Source of the DNA: Bacteroidia bacterium | Lineage (GTDB): Bacteria > Bacteroidota > Bacteroidia > B-17B0 > Aurantibacillaceae | Direction: 5' to 3' | DNA length: 64,000 nucleotides | NCBI GenBank assembly: GCA_044221905.1 | Contig: JBGAOE010000004.1 | Coordinates: 249,675-313,674, forward strand | In this document: one piece after another, positions 21,208 to 31,470 of the stretch | Numbering within the stretch: the first letter of the stretch is position 1 | How the letters are laid out: every line of letters begins with the position of its first letter | Notes under the pieces: generated by a model | Seen by the model: the letters and a program-made list of their open reading frames with translations, nothing else | Databases searched by the model: none | Told to the model about the DNA's origin: nothing | Program-made: the position numbers and the translations under genes

Positions 21208-22839
21208 TTAATCGGCCTGTAAAAACGGGTACCTGTAATCGGTGGGCGGATTCAAAGTTTCTTTAATAGTGCGTGGGCTTACCCAGCGCAGCAAGTTGAT
21301 CTTGGAGCCGGCCTTATCATTGGTGCCGCTGCCTCTGGCGCCGCCAAAGGGCTGTTGGCCCACCACGGCCCCCGTGCATTTATCGTTAATGTAAAAATTA
21401 CCGGCGGCATTGCTCAGCTTTTCGGTGGCCAGCTCAATGGCGTAGCGGTCCTGCGCAATGATGGAACCGGTTAAGGCATAAATGGAGGTAGAATCCACCA
21501 GATCCAGCGTTTCTTCAAACTTAGTCTCATCGTATACATACACCGTGAGCACCGGGCCAAACAGCTCTTCGCACATGGTTACGTATTTTGGATCTTTGGT
21601 GAGAATAATGGTGGGCTCAATAAAGTAGCCTTTGCTTTTATCGTAACCCCCACCCGCAACAATTTCAACGTCCTTGTCCTTTTTAGCAGATTCAATATAA
21701 GACGCCAGCTTATCAAAGCTCTTTTCATCAATCACTGCGTTTATAAAGTTGGTAAAATCTTCGGTAGGCCCCATTTTCATAGTTTTGAGGTCGGTCACCA
21801 GGTAGCCCTTCACTTCTTTCCACAAATTGGAAGGAACGTAAGCACGCGATGCGGCAGAGCATTTCTGGCCCTGGTATTCGAAGGCGCCACGCGCAATGGC
21901 AACCGCAAGCGCTTTGGCCTCGGCCGACGCATGTGCCATAATAAAATCCTTGCCGCCGGTTTCGCCCACAATGCGCGGGTACGATTTATATTTATGAATG
22001 TTATTGCCAATGGTTTGCCAGATGTTTTGAAACACCTCGGTGCTGCCGGTAAAGTGAATGCCCGCAAAATCGCGGTGGTTAAAGATCACCTCTGCCGCAT
22101 CGGGCCCGCTTGGGTAAATAAGGTTGATCACCCCGTCAGGCACGCCTGCTTTTCTGAAAATCTCCATCAGCACGTTGGCGCTGTACACCTGCGTATTGCT
22201 GGGCTTCCAAACCACCACGTTGCCCATCAGGGCACAGCTGCTGGGCAGGTTGCCGGCAATGGCAGTAAAGTTAAACGGCGTAAGCGCATATACAAATCCT
22301 TCCAGCGGGCGCCACTCCAGGCGATTCCAAACACCGGGGCTCGAAATGGGCTGCTCGTTATAGATCTCGGTCATGTATTGCACATTGAAGCGTAAAAAAT
22401 CAATGATCTCGCAGGCGCTGTCAATTTCAGCCTGGTAGGCATTTTTGCTCTGGCCTAGCATGGTGGCCGCATTTAACTTAGCACGGTAAGGTCCGGCAAT
22501 GAGGTCGGCGGCTTTTAAGAAAATAGCCGCGCGCTGCTCCCAGCTCATGGCCACCCATTTTTCTCTGGCTGCCAGGGCGGCGTTAATAGCCTGTGTTACG
22601 TGTGTTTTATCGCTTTTATGAAAATGGCCAAGGGTGTGCTTATGATCGTGTGGTGGCGCCAGGCGCGCCCTGTTATTGCTGCGCACCTCCTGCCCGCCGA
22701 TATACATCGGGATGTCGAGCTCCTGGCTGCGCAGCTCTTTTAACATTGCCTGCAGCTCTTTGCGTTCGGCGCTGCCGGGGGCATAATTTTTTACAGGCTC
22801 GTTGGCCGCTACGGGCACTTTATAAATTCCTTTTGGCAT
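21208..22839 (-). CDS. pruA: L-glutamate gamma-semialdehyde (P5C) dehydrogenase
   Basis: Aldehyde dehydrogenase motifs PFNFTAI, FTGS, ETGGKDF, catalytic GQKCSA, EELFGP. Confidence 0.95.
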   Translation of the reverse strand: MPKGIYKVPVAANEPVKNYAPGSAERKELQAMLKELRSQELDIPMYIGGQEVRSNNRARLAPPHDHKHTLGHFHKSDKTHVTQAINAALAAREKWVAMSWEQRAAIFLKAADLIAGPYRAKLNAATMLGQSKNAYQAEIDSACEIIDFLRFNVQYMTEIYNEQPISSPGVWNRLEWRPLEGFVYALTPFNFTAIAGNLPSSCALMGNVVVWKPSNTQVYSANVLMEIFRKAGVPDGVINLIYPSGPDAAEVIFNHRDFAGIHFTGSTEVFQNIWQTIGNNIHKYKSYPRIVGETGGKDFIMAHASAEAKALAVAIARGAFEYQGQKCSAASRAYVPSNLWKEVKGYLVTDLKTMKMGPTEDFTNFINAVIDEKSFDKLASYIESAKKDKDVEIVAGGGYDKSKGYFIEPTIILTKDPKYVTMCEELFGPVLTVYVYDETKFEETLDLVDSTSIYALTGSIIAQDRYAIELATEKLSNAAGNFYINDKCTGAVVGQQPFGGARGSGTNDKAGSKINLLRWVSPRTIKETLNPPTDYRYPFLQAD

Positions 22840-22877
22840 ATCAATACGGTTTAATGATTAGTCGGATTTTTGAGGCT

Positions 22878-22885
22878 CAAAGATA
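22878..22885 (-). promoter_or_regulatory. Putative -7 box for pruA
   Basis: TATCTTTG on the minus strand, about 40 nt upstream of the start. Confidence 0.5.
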
Positions 22886-22922
22886 AGTTTTTATTTATTG
22901 AAAGTGTGTAAATTTACGCTCT

Positions 22923-25175
22923 ATTAAAGCGCAAAGAACATATAATTTAATAATAATTGTTTTCGTTCTCGCCTTCTCTGTTTTTTGCGGTTCCCGGCTG
23001 CTCAACATCAGTTTCAACTATGATTTTGAAGCTTTTTTTCCGAACGAGGACCACGAGTTGGAAGTGTACAATAATTACCGCAAAACCTTTGAATACGACA
23101 ACGAATTTGCCCTGGTGGCCGTTGAGAACAAGGCCGGTATTTTTAAAAAGGATTTTTTGCTGCGGGTTGACAGCCTGAGCCGGCGCCTGGCAGAGCTCGA
23201 TTTTGTGCAGCGCGTAAGCTCGCCCACCAGCTTAAAAACACTTTCCATCGATGGACCGGTGCCGGTTCAAAAACGGGTGATGCACATCGAGGACGAAAGC
23301 CTGTACGCAGCCGATAGCCTGGCTATTTACCGCTCCTCGTTCCTGGCAGGCTCCTTTTTTCCGCTCAACGCCAAATCGCTGAGTATATTTATTAAAACGG
23401 ATGATATCCTTTCTAAAGAAAAATCAGACCGCCTGGCCAAAAGCATTGAGCAAACCATCCGCAGCTTCAGGTTCGACGACACTCATTTTGTAGGGCGCAT
23501 TTTTGCGCAGAATGTTTACCTGGTAACGTTGCAGCGCGAGTTCATTCTCTTCATGAGCCTCTCATTTGTAGTGGTGGTTATTTTTTTGTGGTTCAGCTTT
23601 CGTAGCATCTACGGTGTTGTAGTGCCGCTTATTATTGTGATTGTGTCGGTGCTGTGGACCCTGGGCGTAATGAACCTGCTGGGAAAACCCATTGACCTGA
23701 TGACAAGCATGCTGCCCACCATGATCTTTATTGCAGGCATGAGCGATGTGGTTCATTTTTTTTCGAAATACTTTGAAGAGCTGGCAAAAGGCACGCCACG
23801 CCACAGCATTTACCCGCTTATTTTAAAGGAAGTGGGCTTTCCAACTTTTTTAACCCTGCTCACCACCGTGGTTGGTTTTCTCTCGCTCCTTTTTTCCAGC
23901 ATCCAGCCTATCCGCGAGTTCGGGATCTATACGTCGGTGGGTGTTACCATTGCTTTTTTATTAACCTATACCCTGCTGCCCGCCCTGCTCTTCTTTTTCA
24001 CGCCCAAAAAGCTGGTAGCGGTGCATGGCGCCGAAAACCGCACCTACACTACCATGCGCAGCGGCCTGTTCTGGATTTTCCGGCATCAGAAAACAATCCT
24101 GGTGATTACAGGTGTGATGCTTCTTTTTTCCATTATCGGCATCTTTAAAATAAGAGTGAATAATATATTGCTGGAGGACCTGAGCGCAAAAGTGAAAATA
24201 AAACAGGACTTTAATTTTTTTGACACTTATTACAATGGTGTGCGGCCTTTTGAGCTGCAGGTAACTGTAAAAGATAAGCACAAAACCGTGTGGGATTACG
24301 AGGTGATGAAACAGCTGGATGCCCTGGATGGTTTTGTGCGGCGCGAATACGATGCCGGCTTTTTACTTTCGCCCCCGAGCCTGGTGCGCTCTATTTACGA
24401 AAGCTCAACGGCCGACAGCTCACGGCATTTTCCCGACAGGGACGATTTTGAAGCCATTGCCGCGCAGCTGAGAAGCAATAAAAAGAATCGCGACGTAAAG
24501 CGGCTGATCGCCCCTGATGGCCGTCAAACGCGTATCAGCGCCAAAATACGCGACGTTGGAAGCATTCAGGTAAACGAGTACAATAAAAAATTAATGGCTT
24601 TTATCGACACGCACATGGATAAAAACCTGCTGGAGTTTAAGCTCACCGGTGCGGCGCATTTGATTGACCGTAATAACGAATACATGGTGAGCAACATGAC
24701 TCAGGGCTTTGTATTTTCCATTATTGTGATCGGCATCCTCACCTTCTTCCTGCACCGCAGCTGGCGCATGGTGCTGGTGTTTATCATTCCCAACATTATT
24801 CCTTTGATAATTATCGGCGGTATTATGGGCTTTGCCGGCATCGAGCTGAAGGCTGCCACCTCGCTGGTGTTCAGCATCGCCTTTGGCATTGCCACCGACG
24901 ACACCATCCATTTTATTTCACGGCTTAAAATAGAGCTGGGTTACGGCAAAAGCCTGATGTATGCCTTTAAGCGCACGTATTTTGAAACCGGCAAACCTAT
25001 TATTTTAACCACGCTTATTCTCATGGGCGGCTTTATGAGCCTTATGATCAGTGATTTTCAGAGCGTGTTTTATTTCGGCTTCCTCATTTGCATCACCATT
25101 ATTATTGCCGTGCTGGCCGATATTTTTTTACTGCCGGTGCTGTTGTTTCTTATTTACAGAAAAGCAAAAAAATAG
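22923..25175 (+). CDS. MMPL/RND-family transporter. The ORF-track start at 23058 misses TM1; probable start is ATT 22923
   Basis: Two TM bundles with GMSDVVHF and GIATDDTIHF motifs. The frame is open upstream to the TGA at 22899 and encodes TM1 plus FNYDFEAFFP, with no ATG/GTG/TTG before 23058. Confidence 0.85.
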   Translation: MKAQRTYNLIIIVFVLAFSVFCGSRLLNISFNYDFEAFFPNEDHELEVYNNYRKTFEYDNEFALVAVENKAGIFKKDFLLRVDSLSRRLAELDFVQRVSSPTSLKTLSIDGPVPVQKRVMHIEDESLYAADSLAIYRSSFLAGSFFPLNAKSLSIFIKTDDILSKEKSDRLAKSIEQTIRSFRFDDTHFVGRIFAQNVYLVTLQREFILFMSLSFVVVVIFLWFSFRSIYGVVVPLIIVIVSVLWTLGVMNLLGKPIDLMTSMLPTMIFIAGMSDVVHFFSKYFEELAKGTPRHSIYPLILKEVGFPTFLTLLTTVVGFLSLLFSSIQPIREFGIYTSVGVTIAFLLTYTLLPALLFFFTPKKLVAVHGAENRTYTTMRSGLFWIFRHQKTILVITGVMLLFSIIGIFKIRVNNILLEDLSAKVKIKQDFNFFDTYYNGVRPFELQVTVKDKHKTVWDYEVMKQLDALDGFVRREYDAGFLLSPPSLVRSIYESSTADSSRHFPDRDDFEAIAAQLRSNKKNRDVKRLIAPDGRQTRISAKIRDVGSIQVNEYNKKLMAFIDTHMDKNLLEFKLTGAAHLIDRNNEYMVSNMTQGFVFSIIVIGILTFFLHRSWRMVLVFIIPNIIPLIIIGGIMGFAGIELKAATSLVFSIAFGIATDDTIHFISRLKIELGYGKSLMYAFKRTYFETGKPIILTTLILMGGFMSLMISDFQSVFYFGFLICITIIIAVLADIFLLPVLLFLIYRKAKK

Positions 25176-25843
25176 TGGCCCTCCGGGTGCAACATACACA
25201 GGACGGATCGGTAACCCTGCTCAACACCGTGGTGAATGCCACCTATCATTCGCGCTACGGCGCCATGCAGGAGAGCAAACACATTTACATTGAGCAGGGA
25301 TTAAAACAAGTGATCAAGCTGTTTGATTCACCGCTGCAGGTGTTTGAAATGGGCTTTGGCACAGGGCTCAACGCCTGGCTCACCTGGCAGGAGGCAAAGC
25401 AGCATGCGCTTCACATAAATTATGCGGCGGTTGAAAAATACCCGGTGCCACCGGAATTGTATCCCGAATTAAATTACGCGGAAGAAGGCCCGGGTCGCGA
25501 AGCTTTTCAACGCCTGCTGCACCTCCCCTGGCAGCAGCCCGTAACCGTTGATCCGTTTTTTACATTGGCGAAATTTAAAACAGACATCAACGATTTTATT
25601 TTTCCGGAGCCACTGCACCTGGTGTATTACGATGCCTTTGACCCACAGGCTGCACCCGATTGCTGGTCCCCGGCCCTGTTCGAAAAATTATTTACAGCCA
25701 TGGCTCGCGGTGCCTGCCTGGTTACTTTTTGTGCTAAAGGCGATGTAAAGCGCCTGCTCAAACAAATTGGATTTAAGGTGGAAAACCCCGAAGGGCCTTT
25801 TGGGAAACGGGAGATAACAAGAGCTTTGAAGCCTATCAATTAA
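25175..25843 (+). CDS. mnmD: tRNA mnm5s2U34 methyltransferase MnmD (stand-alone MnmC N-terminal domain)
   Basis: DGSVTL...YHSRYGAMQES, FEMGFGTGLN, YDAFDP, GPFGKRE. The GTG start overlaps the upstream TAG (TAGTG). Confidence 0.85.
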   Translation: MALRVQHTQDGSVTLLNTVVNATYHSRYGAMQESKHIYIEQGLKQVIKLFDSPLQVFEMGFGTGLNAWLTWQEAKQHALHINYAAVEKYPVPPELYPELNYAEEGPGREAFQRLLHLPWQQPVTVDPFFTLAKFKTDINDFIFPEPLHLVYYDAFDPQAAPDCWSPALFEKLFTAMARGACLVTFCAKGDVKRLLKQIGFKVENPEGPFGKREITRALKPIN

Positions 25844-25865
25844 ACAATCATTTAATGTTCTTCCG

Positions 25866-25935
25866 CTTATTTTTTCCCCCGAAGCAAGTTCGGGGCAGGC
25901 TCTGATGAAAAAGTAACAAAAAATCAAGGCTGCAT
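25866..25935. repeat. Intergenic repeat-like element carrying a third copy of the 24-nt hairpin (25877-25900)
   Basis: ttttttc[ccccgaagcaagttcggggcaggc]tctgatgaaaaagtaacaaaaaatcaaggctg. The insert matches the reverse complement of 36342-36365 at 18 of 24 positions. Confidence 0.6.
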
Positions 25936-26024
25936 AGAATTCTATAAGGCCAGATTCAATGCCCCGGAAATAATACCTAATTTTAAGCGGTTTAAATGTA
26001 CCTGGAAATTAAACCCAAAAGAAT

Positions 26025-27254
26025 ATTACCGAGCAAAAAAAAATAATCGTCATCGGCGGCGGCGCAGCAGGGTTTTTTGCCGCTATTAACCTGGCATTAC
26101 AACAACCGGGTTACCGCATTAGCATCCTCGAAAAAACAAACAAACTTCTTTCCAAAGTAAAAATATCAGGCGGTGGCCGCTGCAATGTTACCCACCATTG
26201 TTTTGATAACCGTGAGCTGGTAAAAAATTACCCGCGGGGCAATAAAGAGCTGCTGCAGGTGTTTGCACAATTCAGCGTGCAGGATACCATTAACTGGTTC
26301 GGGCAACACGGCATTACCCTGAAGACAGAAGCCGACGGGCGCATGTTCCCCTACTCGAACGACAGCCAGACCATTATTGACTGTTTTTTGAAACTGGCCG
26401 GTAACATGGGCATTGAAATAATGCTGCAAACGGAGGTGATAAAAATCCAGAAACAGGAATTGGGATTTTCTGTAAGCACCAGCCGGGGACTGATGGAAGC
26501 CGATGCCTTGATCTGTGCACTGGGCGGGCATAACAAAACCTCGGCCTATAAAATTGTGCAGGACCTGGGGCACCGGATCGACGATCCCATTCCCAGCCTG
26601 TTTACTTTAAACCTTCCCGGCGAAGCCATCAAGCAGGAATTGCAAGGAGTGAGCGTCCCGCTGGCTGAAGTAAAAATAAAAGAAAGCAAACTGAATTATG
26701 CCGGGCCGGTGTTAATCACGCACTGGGGCCTGAGCGGACCTGCGGTACTTAAGCTTTCGGCGTTTGCGGCCAAAGAATTTTTTGACACCGGATATAAAGC
26801 TTCTGTTTTGGTAAACTGGGCTTATCCGCTGACCATTAATGAAATAACAAACGAGTTAAAATTATTTCAAAAGGAAAAAGCAAAAGCATTGCCTTACACC
26901 AATCCCCAATTTCAGCTGCCAAAACGCTTGTGGGAATTTTTGTGTTCGCAGTCTGGTATGGATAATGCAAGACCCTGGGCCGAGATTGGCAATAAACCGC
27001 TGCAGCAGCTTGCTAATAATATTGGCAACAGCAGCTTTAACATGGAGGGCAAAACCACTTTTAAAGAAGAGTTTGTAACCTGCGGTGGTGTGAACCTGAA
27101 AGAAATTGATTTTAAAACCATGCAGAGCAAGCTGATGCCAGGCCTGTTTTTTTGCGGCGAGGTGCTCAACATCGATGGTATTACCGGTGGCTTTAATTTT
27201 CAGAGCGCCTGGAGCACGGCGTGGATCTGTGCGAAGAATATTTCCAGTTTTTAG
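26025..27254 (+). CDS. HI0933/YhiN/BaiN-family NAD(P)/FAD-dependent oxidoreductase. The ORF-track start at 26259 misses the Rossmann motif; probable start is ATT 26025
   Basis: In-frame upstream sequence IIVIGGGAAGFFAA...KVKISGGGRCNVT, plus FTHWGLSGP-like motif, VTCGGV and GEVLNIDGITGGFNFQSAW. Confidence 0.9.
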   Translation: MTEQKKIIVIGGGAAGFFAAINLALQQPGYRISILEKTNKLLSKVKISGGGRCNVTHHCFDNRELVKNYPRGNKELLQVFAQFSVQDTINWFGQHGITLKTEADGRMFPYSNDSQTIIDCFLKLAGNMGIEIMLQTEVIKIQKQELGFSVSTSRGLMEADALICALGGHNKTSAYKIVQDLGHRIDDPIPSLFTLNLPGEAIKQELQGVSVPLAEVKIKESKLNYAGPVLITHWGLSGPAVLKLSAFAAKEFFDTGYKASVLVNWAYPLTINEITNELKLFQKEKAKALPYTNPQFQLPKRLWEFLCSQSGMDNARPWAEIGNKPLQQLANNIGNSSFNMEGKTTFKEEFVTCGGVNLKEIDFKTMQSKLMPGLFFCGEVLNIDGITGGFNFQSAWSTAWICAKNISSF

Positions 27255-27291
27255 TGTTTAATGCTTGGTTTTTAATAGATGGAACTGATTA

Positions 27292-27400
27292 TTCTGTAAG
27301 TCCTTAGTCCGGATTTGTATCCTGTACACTGTATTTTGTATCACAACTAAACTTACAGTCCTGGGCTTACATCTTGCTGTTTTGACTCTTGCCTCCTGCC
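27292..27400. repeat. Degenerate 7-nt periodic array (nnnTGTA, then TCTTG-type units)
   Basis: atttgta tcctgta cactgta ttttgta (27313-27340). The word gactcttgc is shared with the array at 340-423. Confidence 0.55.
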
Positions 27401-27517
27401 TTTTTCTTTTCTAACCCGGTAACTGACAAACTTCCCCACTTTTCAACTTTCTAATTTTTAACGGCATAAATTCAATCAAAACCGTATCTTCATAGCCTTA
27501 AATTATTAAACAAAAGC

Positions 27518-28165
27518 ATGAAATTTTTTATTGACACGGCCAACCTGGCCCAGATTAAAGAAGCGCAGGACTTAGGGGTATTAGACGGTGTAACCACCAA
27601 CCCTTCGCTGATGGCAAAAGAAGGCATCAAAGGCCAGGACAACATTCTGAAACACTATGTGGATATCTGCAAGATCGTAACCGGCGATGTAAGCGCCGAG
27701 GTAATTTCCACCGATTTTGAAGGCATGGTACGCGAAGGCGAGGCCCTGGCCGAGTTACACCCACAAATTGTGGTAAAAATACCGATGATAAAAGACGGTG
27801 TAAAAGCCATTAAATATTTTACCGAAAAAGGCATTAAAACCAATTGTACCCTGGTGTTCTCTGCGGGGCAGGCGCTGCTGGCTGCAAAAGCCGGGGCCAC
27901 TTATATGTCGCCTTTTATTGGACGCCTCGACGATGTGAGCACCGACGGGCTGCAACTGATTGAAGACATACGCCTTATTTATGATAACTACGGTTACGAA
28001 ACACAAATTCTTGCAGCCAGCGTGCGTCACCCCATGCACATAATCCAGTGTGCTAAAATTGGTGCCGATGTGGCTACCTGCCCGCTGAGCGCTATTACCG
28101 CATTGCTCAAACACCCGCTTACCGACAGCGGCCTGGCCCAGTTTTTGGCCGACGCTAAAAAGTAA
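27518..28165 (+). CDS. fsa: Fructose-6-phosphate aldolase / transaldolase (TalC-type)
   Basis: [17 protein letters not shown], Schiff-base [20 protein letters not shown]. Confidence 0.93.
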   Translation: MKFFIDTANLAQIKEAQDLGVLDGVTTNPSLMAKEGIKGQDNILKHYVDICKIVTGDVSAEVISTDFEGMVREGEALAELHPQIVVKIPMIKDGVKAIKYFTEKGIKTNCTLVFSAGQALLAAKAGATYMSPFIGRLDDVSTDGLQLIEDIRLIYDNYGYETQILAASVRHPMHIIQCAKIGADVATCPLSAITALLKHPLTDSGLAQFLADAKK

Positions 28166-28190
28166 AACCAGTATATATTATCTTTTTTTG

Positions 28191-28217
28191 AGCCCCGCGA
28201 TAAAACCGCGGGGCTTT
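28191..28217 (+). terminator. Intrinsic terminator after fsa
   Basis: agccccgcg...cgcgggct followed by T. Confidence 0.6.
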
Positions 28218-28295
28218 TGTTTTATGTTAAAATCATTTTACCATGTGCTTTATTATGATATATTTATACTAACTAAACCCTTAAATCCTCAGCTT

Positions 28296-30872
28296 ATGAA
28301 AAGATCTCTACTCTTCTTTGCGGCTTTGTTTTTCACTTTCCTGGCTTTTGGCCAAACCAACCTGGTGGTGGAAGCGCCTCTCAACAATAATGCAACCAGC
28401 ATTAACCGGGGGCCAAACGGCACTTCGGCACACGCCTACCTGAGTGCCTGTTTCCTGGTGCCCCAGGCCGATTTATTTAACATGCCATCGGGGGTTAATA
28501 TTTCTTCATTTGGCTTTACTCTTAACACGGGCGTAACCAGCAGCCCTGTTTCAGGTAATTTTACGGTGTATCTTCAAAACACCAGCGACGTTAGCTATCA
28601 GAAAGGCACCGTGTTTGGCACTGCCCTTACCGGCATGACCAGCGCTTTTGCCAATGTAATGACCGTGCCGGCTGTTGGCGCCACATCTGTAATAGTAACC
28701 CTTTCAACACCTTTTAACTATACCGGGGGTGGGCTGTATGTGGCCTACGACTGGGTTTCCACCGGGCCTTTTGGCACTACCGGGGCGCAATACCTGTGCG
28801 AAAATGCAACGCTGCCATTGCCGGGCGGTGGGGGTGCTATCGCTTATTCCGGTGCGTCAGCTCAATCCAGCCTCACGTTAACGAACATACGTCCCGCATT
28901 TTTATTTGGCTTTACCAATCCTAATAACAACGACATACAGGTAATAGGCATTGAAGCCCCGGGCAAGGTGGCTGCCACGCTTGGGCTTTCACATACCATC
29001 AAAGCCTATGTGCACAATATCAGTAACGTGGCCAAAAGCAATATTACGGTGAGTGTGGCCGTAAGCGGGGCCAATACGTTTAACAACAGTCAAACCATCG
29101 CTTCCCTGGCGGCCGGGGCAGGCAGTCTGGTGAGCTTTTCGGCTTTTAACCCTTTAACCCTTGGCATAAATAACATTACGGTAAGCGTGTCCGGCGATCA
29201 AAACAATCTTAATAACTCTGCCACTTACCAGCAAAGCGTTACCTGCGATACCTGGGCGCAAAACCCGCCTACGAGCTATACCACCCAGTCTGTGGGCTTT
29301 GGCGCCGGCGCCGGTATTATTGCCACGGGTTTGTACAATACAAATGCAAATTCGCTGGTAGCTATTAACGGTGGCGTGAGCATTGACCCGGCCTGTGTGA
29401 ACCAGCAATTGTGCGGTGTACTCTTGAGCGCCGCTGGGGCTATTATTGCCACCACCAACACCATTACGGTAACAAATGCCATGCTTGGCACCACCCAGCC
29501 TTTTACTTTTGCCACCCCGCAGAATTTGACAGGCAGCACACAATATTACATCGGCTTTGCCCAGATAAATCCCCTTGCTGTTACTTACCGGCCGGCCGGC
29601 ACTTTTTCATCGTATTACATTCCATCGGGGCTGTACGTATATACCGGTATTACCGCCGGATCGCTGATTCCCCTGGTACAAAACTTCGGGTATTTTGACA
29701 TTGAGGCTGTATACGGCAGCGCCAATCTTGCCATAGCCGCCACGCCCACCTCGGTGTGCGCCGGATCGTGCGCCACCCTTTCTATCGGCGGGCTTACCAG
29801 CTATACCTGGAGTACGGGCGTGAGCAATCAAACCATCAGCGTGTGCCCTGCCGGACCCAACAGCTATACGGTGCTTGGCACCAACACACTCAATTGCCCC
29901 GCATCGGCCGTCATATCCCTTCCCATTAATCCGCTGCCCCTTATGAGCATTTTAAGCAACACCACCTCTGTTTGTGTGGGCGGCGCATTGTCGTTTACTG
30001 CCGGCGGCGCCGGAAGCTACACGTGGACCGGCGGACCGGCCACAGCCACTTATGCCCTGGCAGCGCCAGCCACCAGCACCACCTATGTAGCCACAGGCAC
30101 CAATTCAAACGGCTGCATAAACACGGCATCGGTGGATATATCGGTTGTTAACCTGTCGGTAACCGTTACTTCCAACACCACCATTTGCAAGGGCAAAAAT
30201 GCTTCCCTGGTGGTGAGCGCGGCCGGATCGGGCAATTACAATTACAACTGGCAGATAGGTACCGGGCTGCCTTTTCAAACGGCCGTGGTAGCTCCCACCA
30301 TCACCACCACGTATACGGTGGATGTGACCGAAACCAACAGCGGCTGCTCAAAAACCAGCACCGTGTCTGTTACCGTAAATCCCAATCCTACGGTGAGCAT
30401 CAGCTCGTCAAAAAATGTGATCTGCAAGGGCGAATCGGCAGTGTTAACCGCCAGCGGGGCCACTTCCTACTCGTGGAATAACGGCCTCAGCGTATCCAGT
30501 ATTACGGTTTCTCCATTCATCAGCACCAATTACATTGTTACCGGTACCAACACGGCCACCGGCTGCACCCACAGCATCAGCCTGGTGCAATCTGTAGCGC
30601 CCTGCACCGCGCTGCCAGAGCTGGCGGCAAACAATGCCATGATGCGGGTTTACCCAAACCCGGGCACCGGCCTGTTAAACATATCCACCGGCTCGGCAGA
30701 GCCTGACCGGGTAATAGAGGTTTATAATTTATTGGGTGCTTTCATCCGGCAAAAAGAGCTTACCACGCCGGAAACCACCCTGGACCTGGGAAGCGAGCCG
30801 GCGGGTGTTTACCTGCTGCAGCTGAGGCAGCAAAATAAGGTTCTGCAGGTGGTTCGCGTTATAAAACAATAG
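28296..30872 (+). CDS. T9SS type-A sorted protein: uncharacterised N-domain, CARDB/Ig-like domain and Cys-containing Ig-like stalk repeats
   Basis: ATG 28296 gives the signal peptide MKRSLLFF...AFGQ; the track start at 28188 overlaps a terminator. Repeats read xxCxGxxxxLTASGAxSYxW; CTD VYPNPGTG...VRVIKQ. Confidence 0.85.
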   Translation: MKRSLLFFAALFFTFLAFGQTNLVVEAPLNNNATSINRGPNGTSAHAYLSACFLVPQADLFNMPSGVNISSFGFTLNTGVTSSPVSGNFTVYLQNTSDVSYQKGTVFGTALTGMTSAFANVMTVPAVGATSVIVTLSTPFNYTGGGLYVAYDWVSTGPFGTTGAQYLCENATLPLPGGGGAIAYSGASAQSSLTLTNIRPAFLFGFTNPNNNDIQVIGIEAPGKVAATLGLSHTIKAYVHNISNVAKSNITVSVAVSGANTFNNSQTIASLAAGAGSLVSFSAFNPLTLGINNITVSVSGDQNNLNNSATYQQSVTCDTWAQNPPTSYTTQSVGFGAGAGIIATGLYNTNANSLVAINGGVSIDPACVNQQLCGVLLSAAGAIIATTNTITVTNAMLGTTQPFTFATPQNLTGSTQYYIGFAQINPLAVTYRPAGTFSSYYIPSGLYVYTGITAGSLIPLVQNFGYFDIEAVYGSANLAIAATPTSVCAGSCATLSIGGLTSYTWSTGVSNQTISVCPAGPNSYTVLGTNTLNCPASAVISLPINPLPLMSILSNTTSVCVGGALSFTAGGAGSYTWTGGPATATYALAAPATSTTYVATGTNSNGCINTASVDISVVNLSVTVTSNTTICKGKNASLVVSAAGSGNYNYNWQIGTGLPFQTAVVAPTITTTYTVDVTETNSGCSKTSTVSVTVNPNPTVSISSSKNVICKGESAVLTASGATSYSWNNGLSVSSITVSPFISTNYIVTGTNTATGCTHSISLVQSVAPCTALPELAANNAMMRVYPNPGTGLLNISTGSAEPDRVIEVYNLLGAFIRQKELTTPETTLDLGSEPAGVYLLQLRQQNKVLQVVRVIKQ

Positions 30873-30888
30873 ATTTTTGCTAAAACCT

Positions 30889-30924
30889 AAAAGTCCGCCA
30901 TTTTATAAAATGGCGGACTTTTTT
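30889..30924. terminator. Intrinsic terminator
   Basis: aaaagtccgccatttt a taaaatggcggactttt. Confidence 0.85.
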
Positions 30925-31031
30925 ATGAACCAGCCAGCCCTGGTGTTCTTAAACTGCTTCAAAATGTGTGATTTAGAGGCAAAACGCCTTTAAATTACCT
31001 GAAAAATATTTTTGTTTTAAGTAAATACTGT

Positions 31032-31039
31032 TATCTTTG
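31032..31039 (+). promoter_or_regulatory. -7 box of the rpsO-pnp promoter
   Basis: TATCTTTG, with TTTG about 20 nt upstream (the -33 element). Confidence 0.65.
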
Positions 31040-31061
31040 TGTCCTTAAAAAAACGAGAATA

Positions 31062-31331
31062 ATGTATTTATCATCACAAGTAAAGAAGGACATTTTTAAA
31101 AAACACGGTGGAAGTGAAAAAAACACTGGCAGCTCTGAATCGCAGATCGCCCTCTTCACCCTGCGCATTGATCACTTAACCAATCACTTAAAAGGTAATA
31201 AAAAAGATTTTGGCACGCAGCGCGCTTTGTTGAACTTAGTTGGTAAACGCCGCGCTTTATTAGATTATTTAAAGAAAAATGATTTAACACGTTACCGTGC
31301 GATCATTAAAACATTAGATATCCGTAAATAA
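31062..31331 (+). CDS. rpsO: 30S ribosomal protein S15
   Basis: NTGSSESQIALFT...HLKGNKKD...RRALLDYL. Confidence 0.97.
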   Translation: MYLSSQVKKDIFKKHGGSEKNTGSSESQIALFTLRIDHLTNHLKGNKKDFGTQRALLNLVGKRRALLDYLKKNDLTRYRAIIKTLDIRK

Positions 31332-31470
31332 TCCCGGTTGCAATCGGGCGGATTCACATTTATAAAAGGGGGGCATTTCGAACAACATTCGAAGTGCCTT
31401 TTTTGTTAGAAACTCAAAAAATAAAATATAAATCCGTTCCAAAAAACGTTGGAACACAAAACAAAGAACA

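Noticed and set aside
25088-25174. ORF-track 5' extension of mnmD (MHHHYYC...)
   Set aside because: It overlaps the MMPL gene by 87 nt. The GTG at 25175, coupled to the upstream stop, gives a normal N-terminus.
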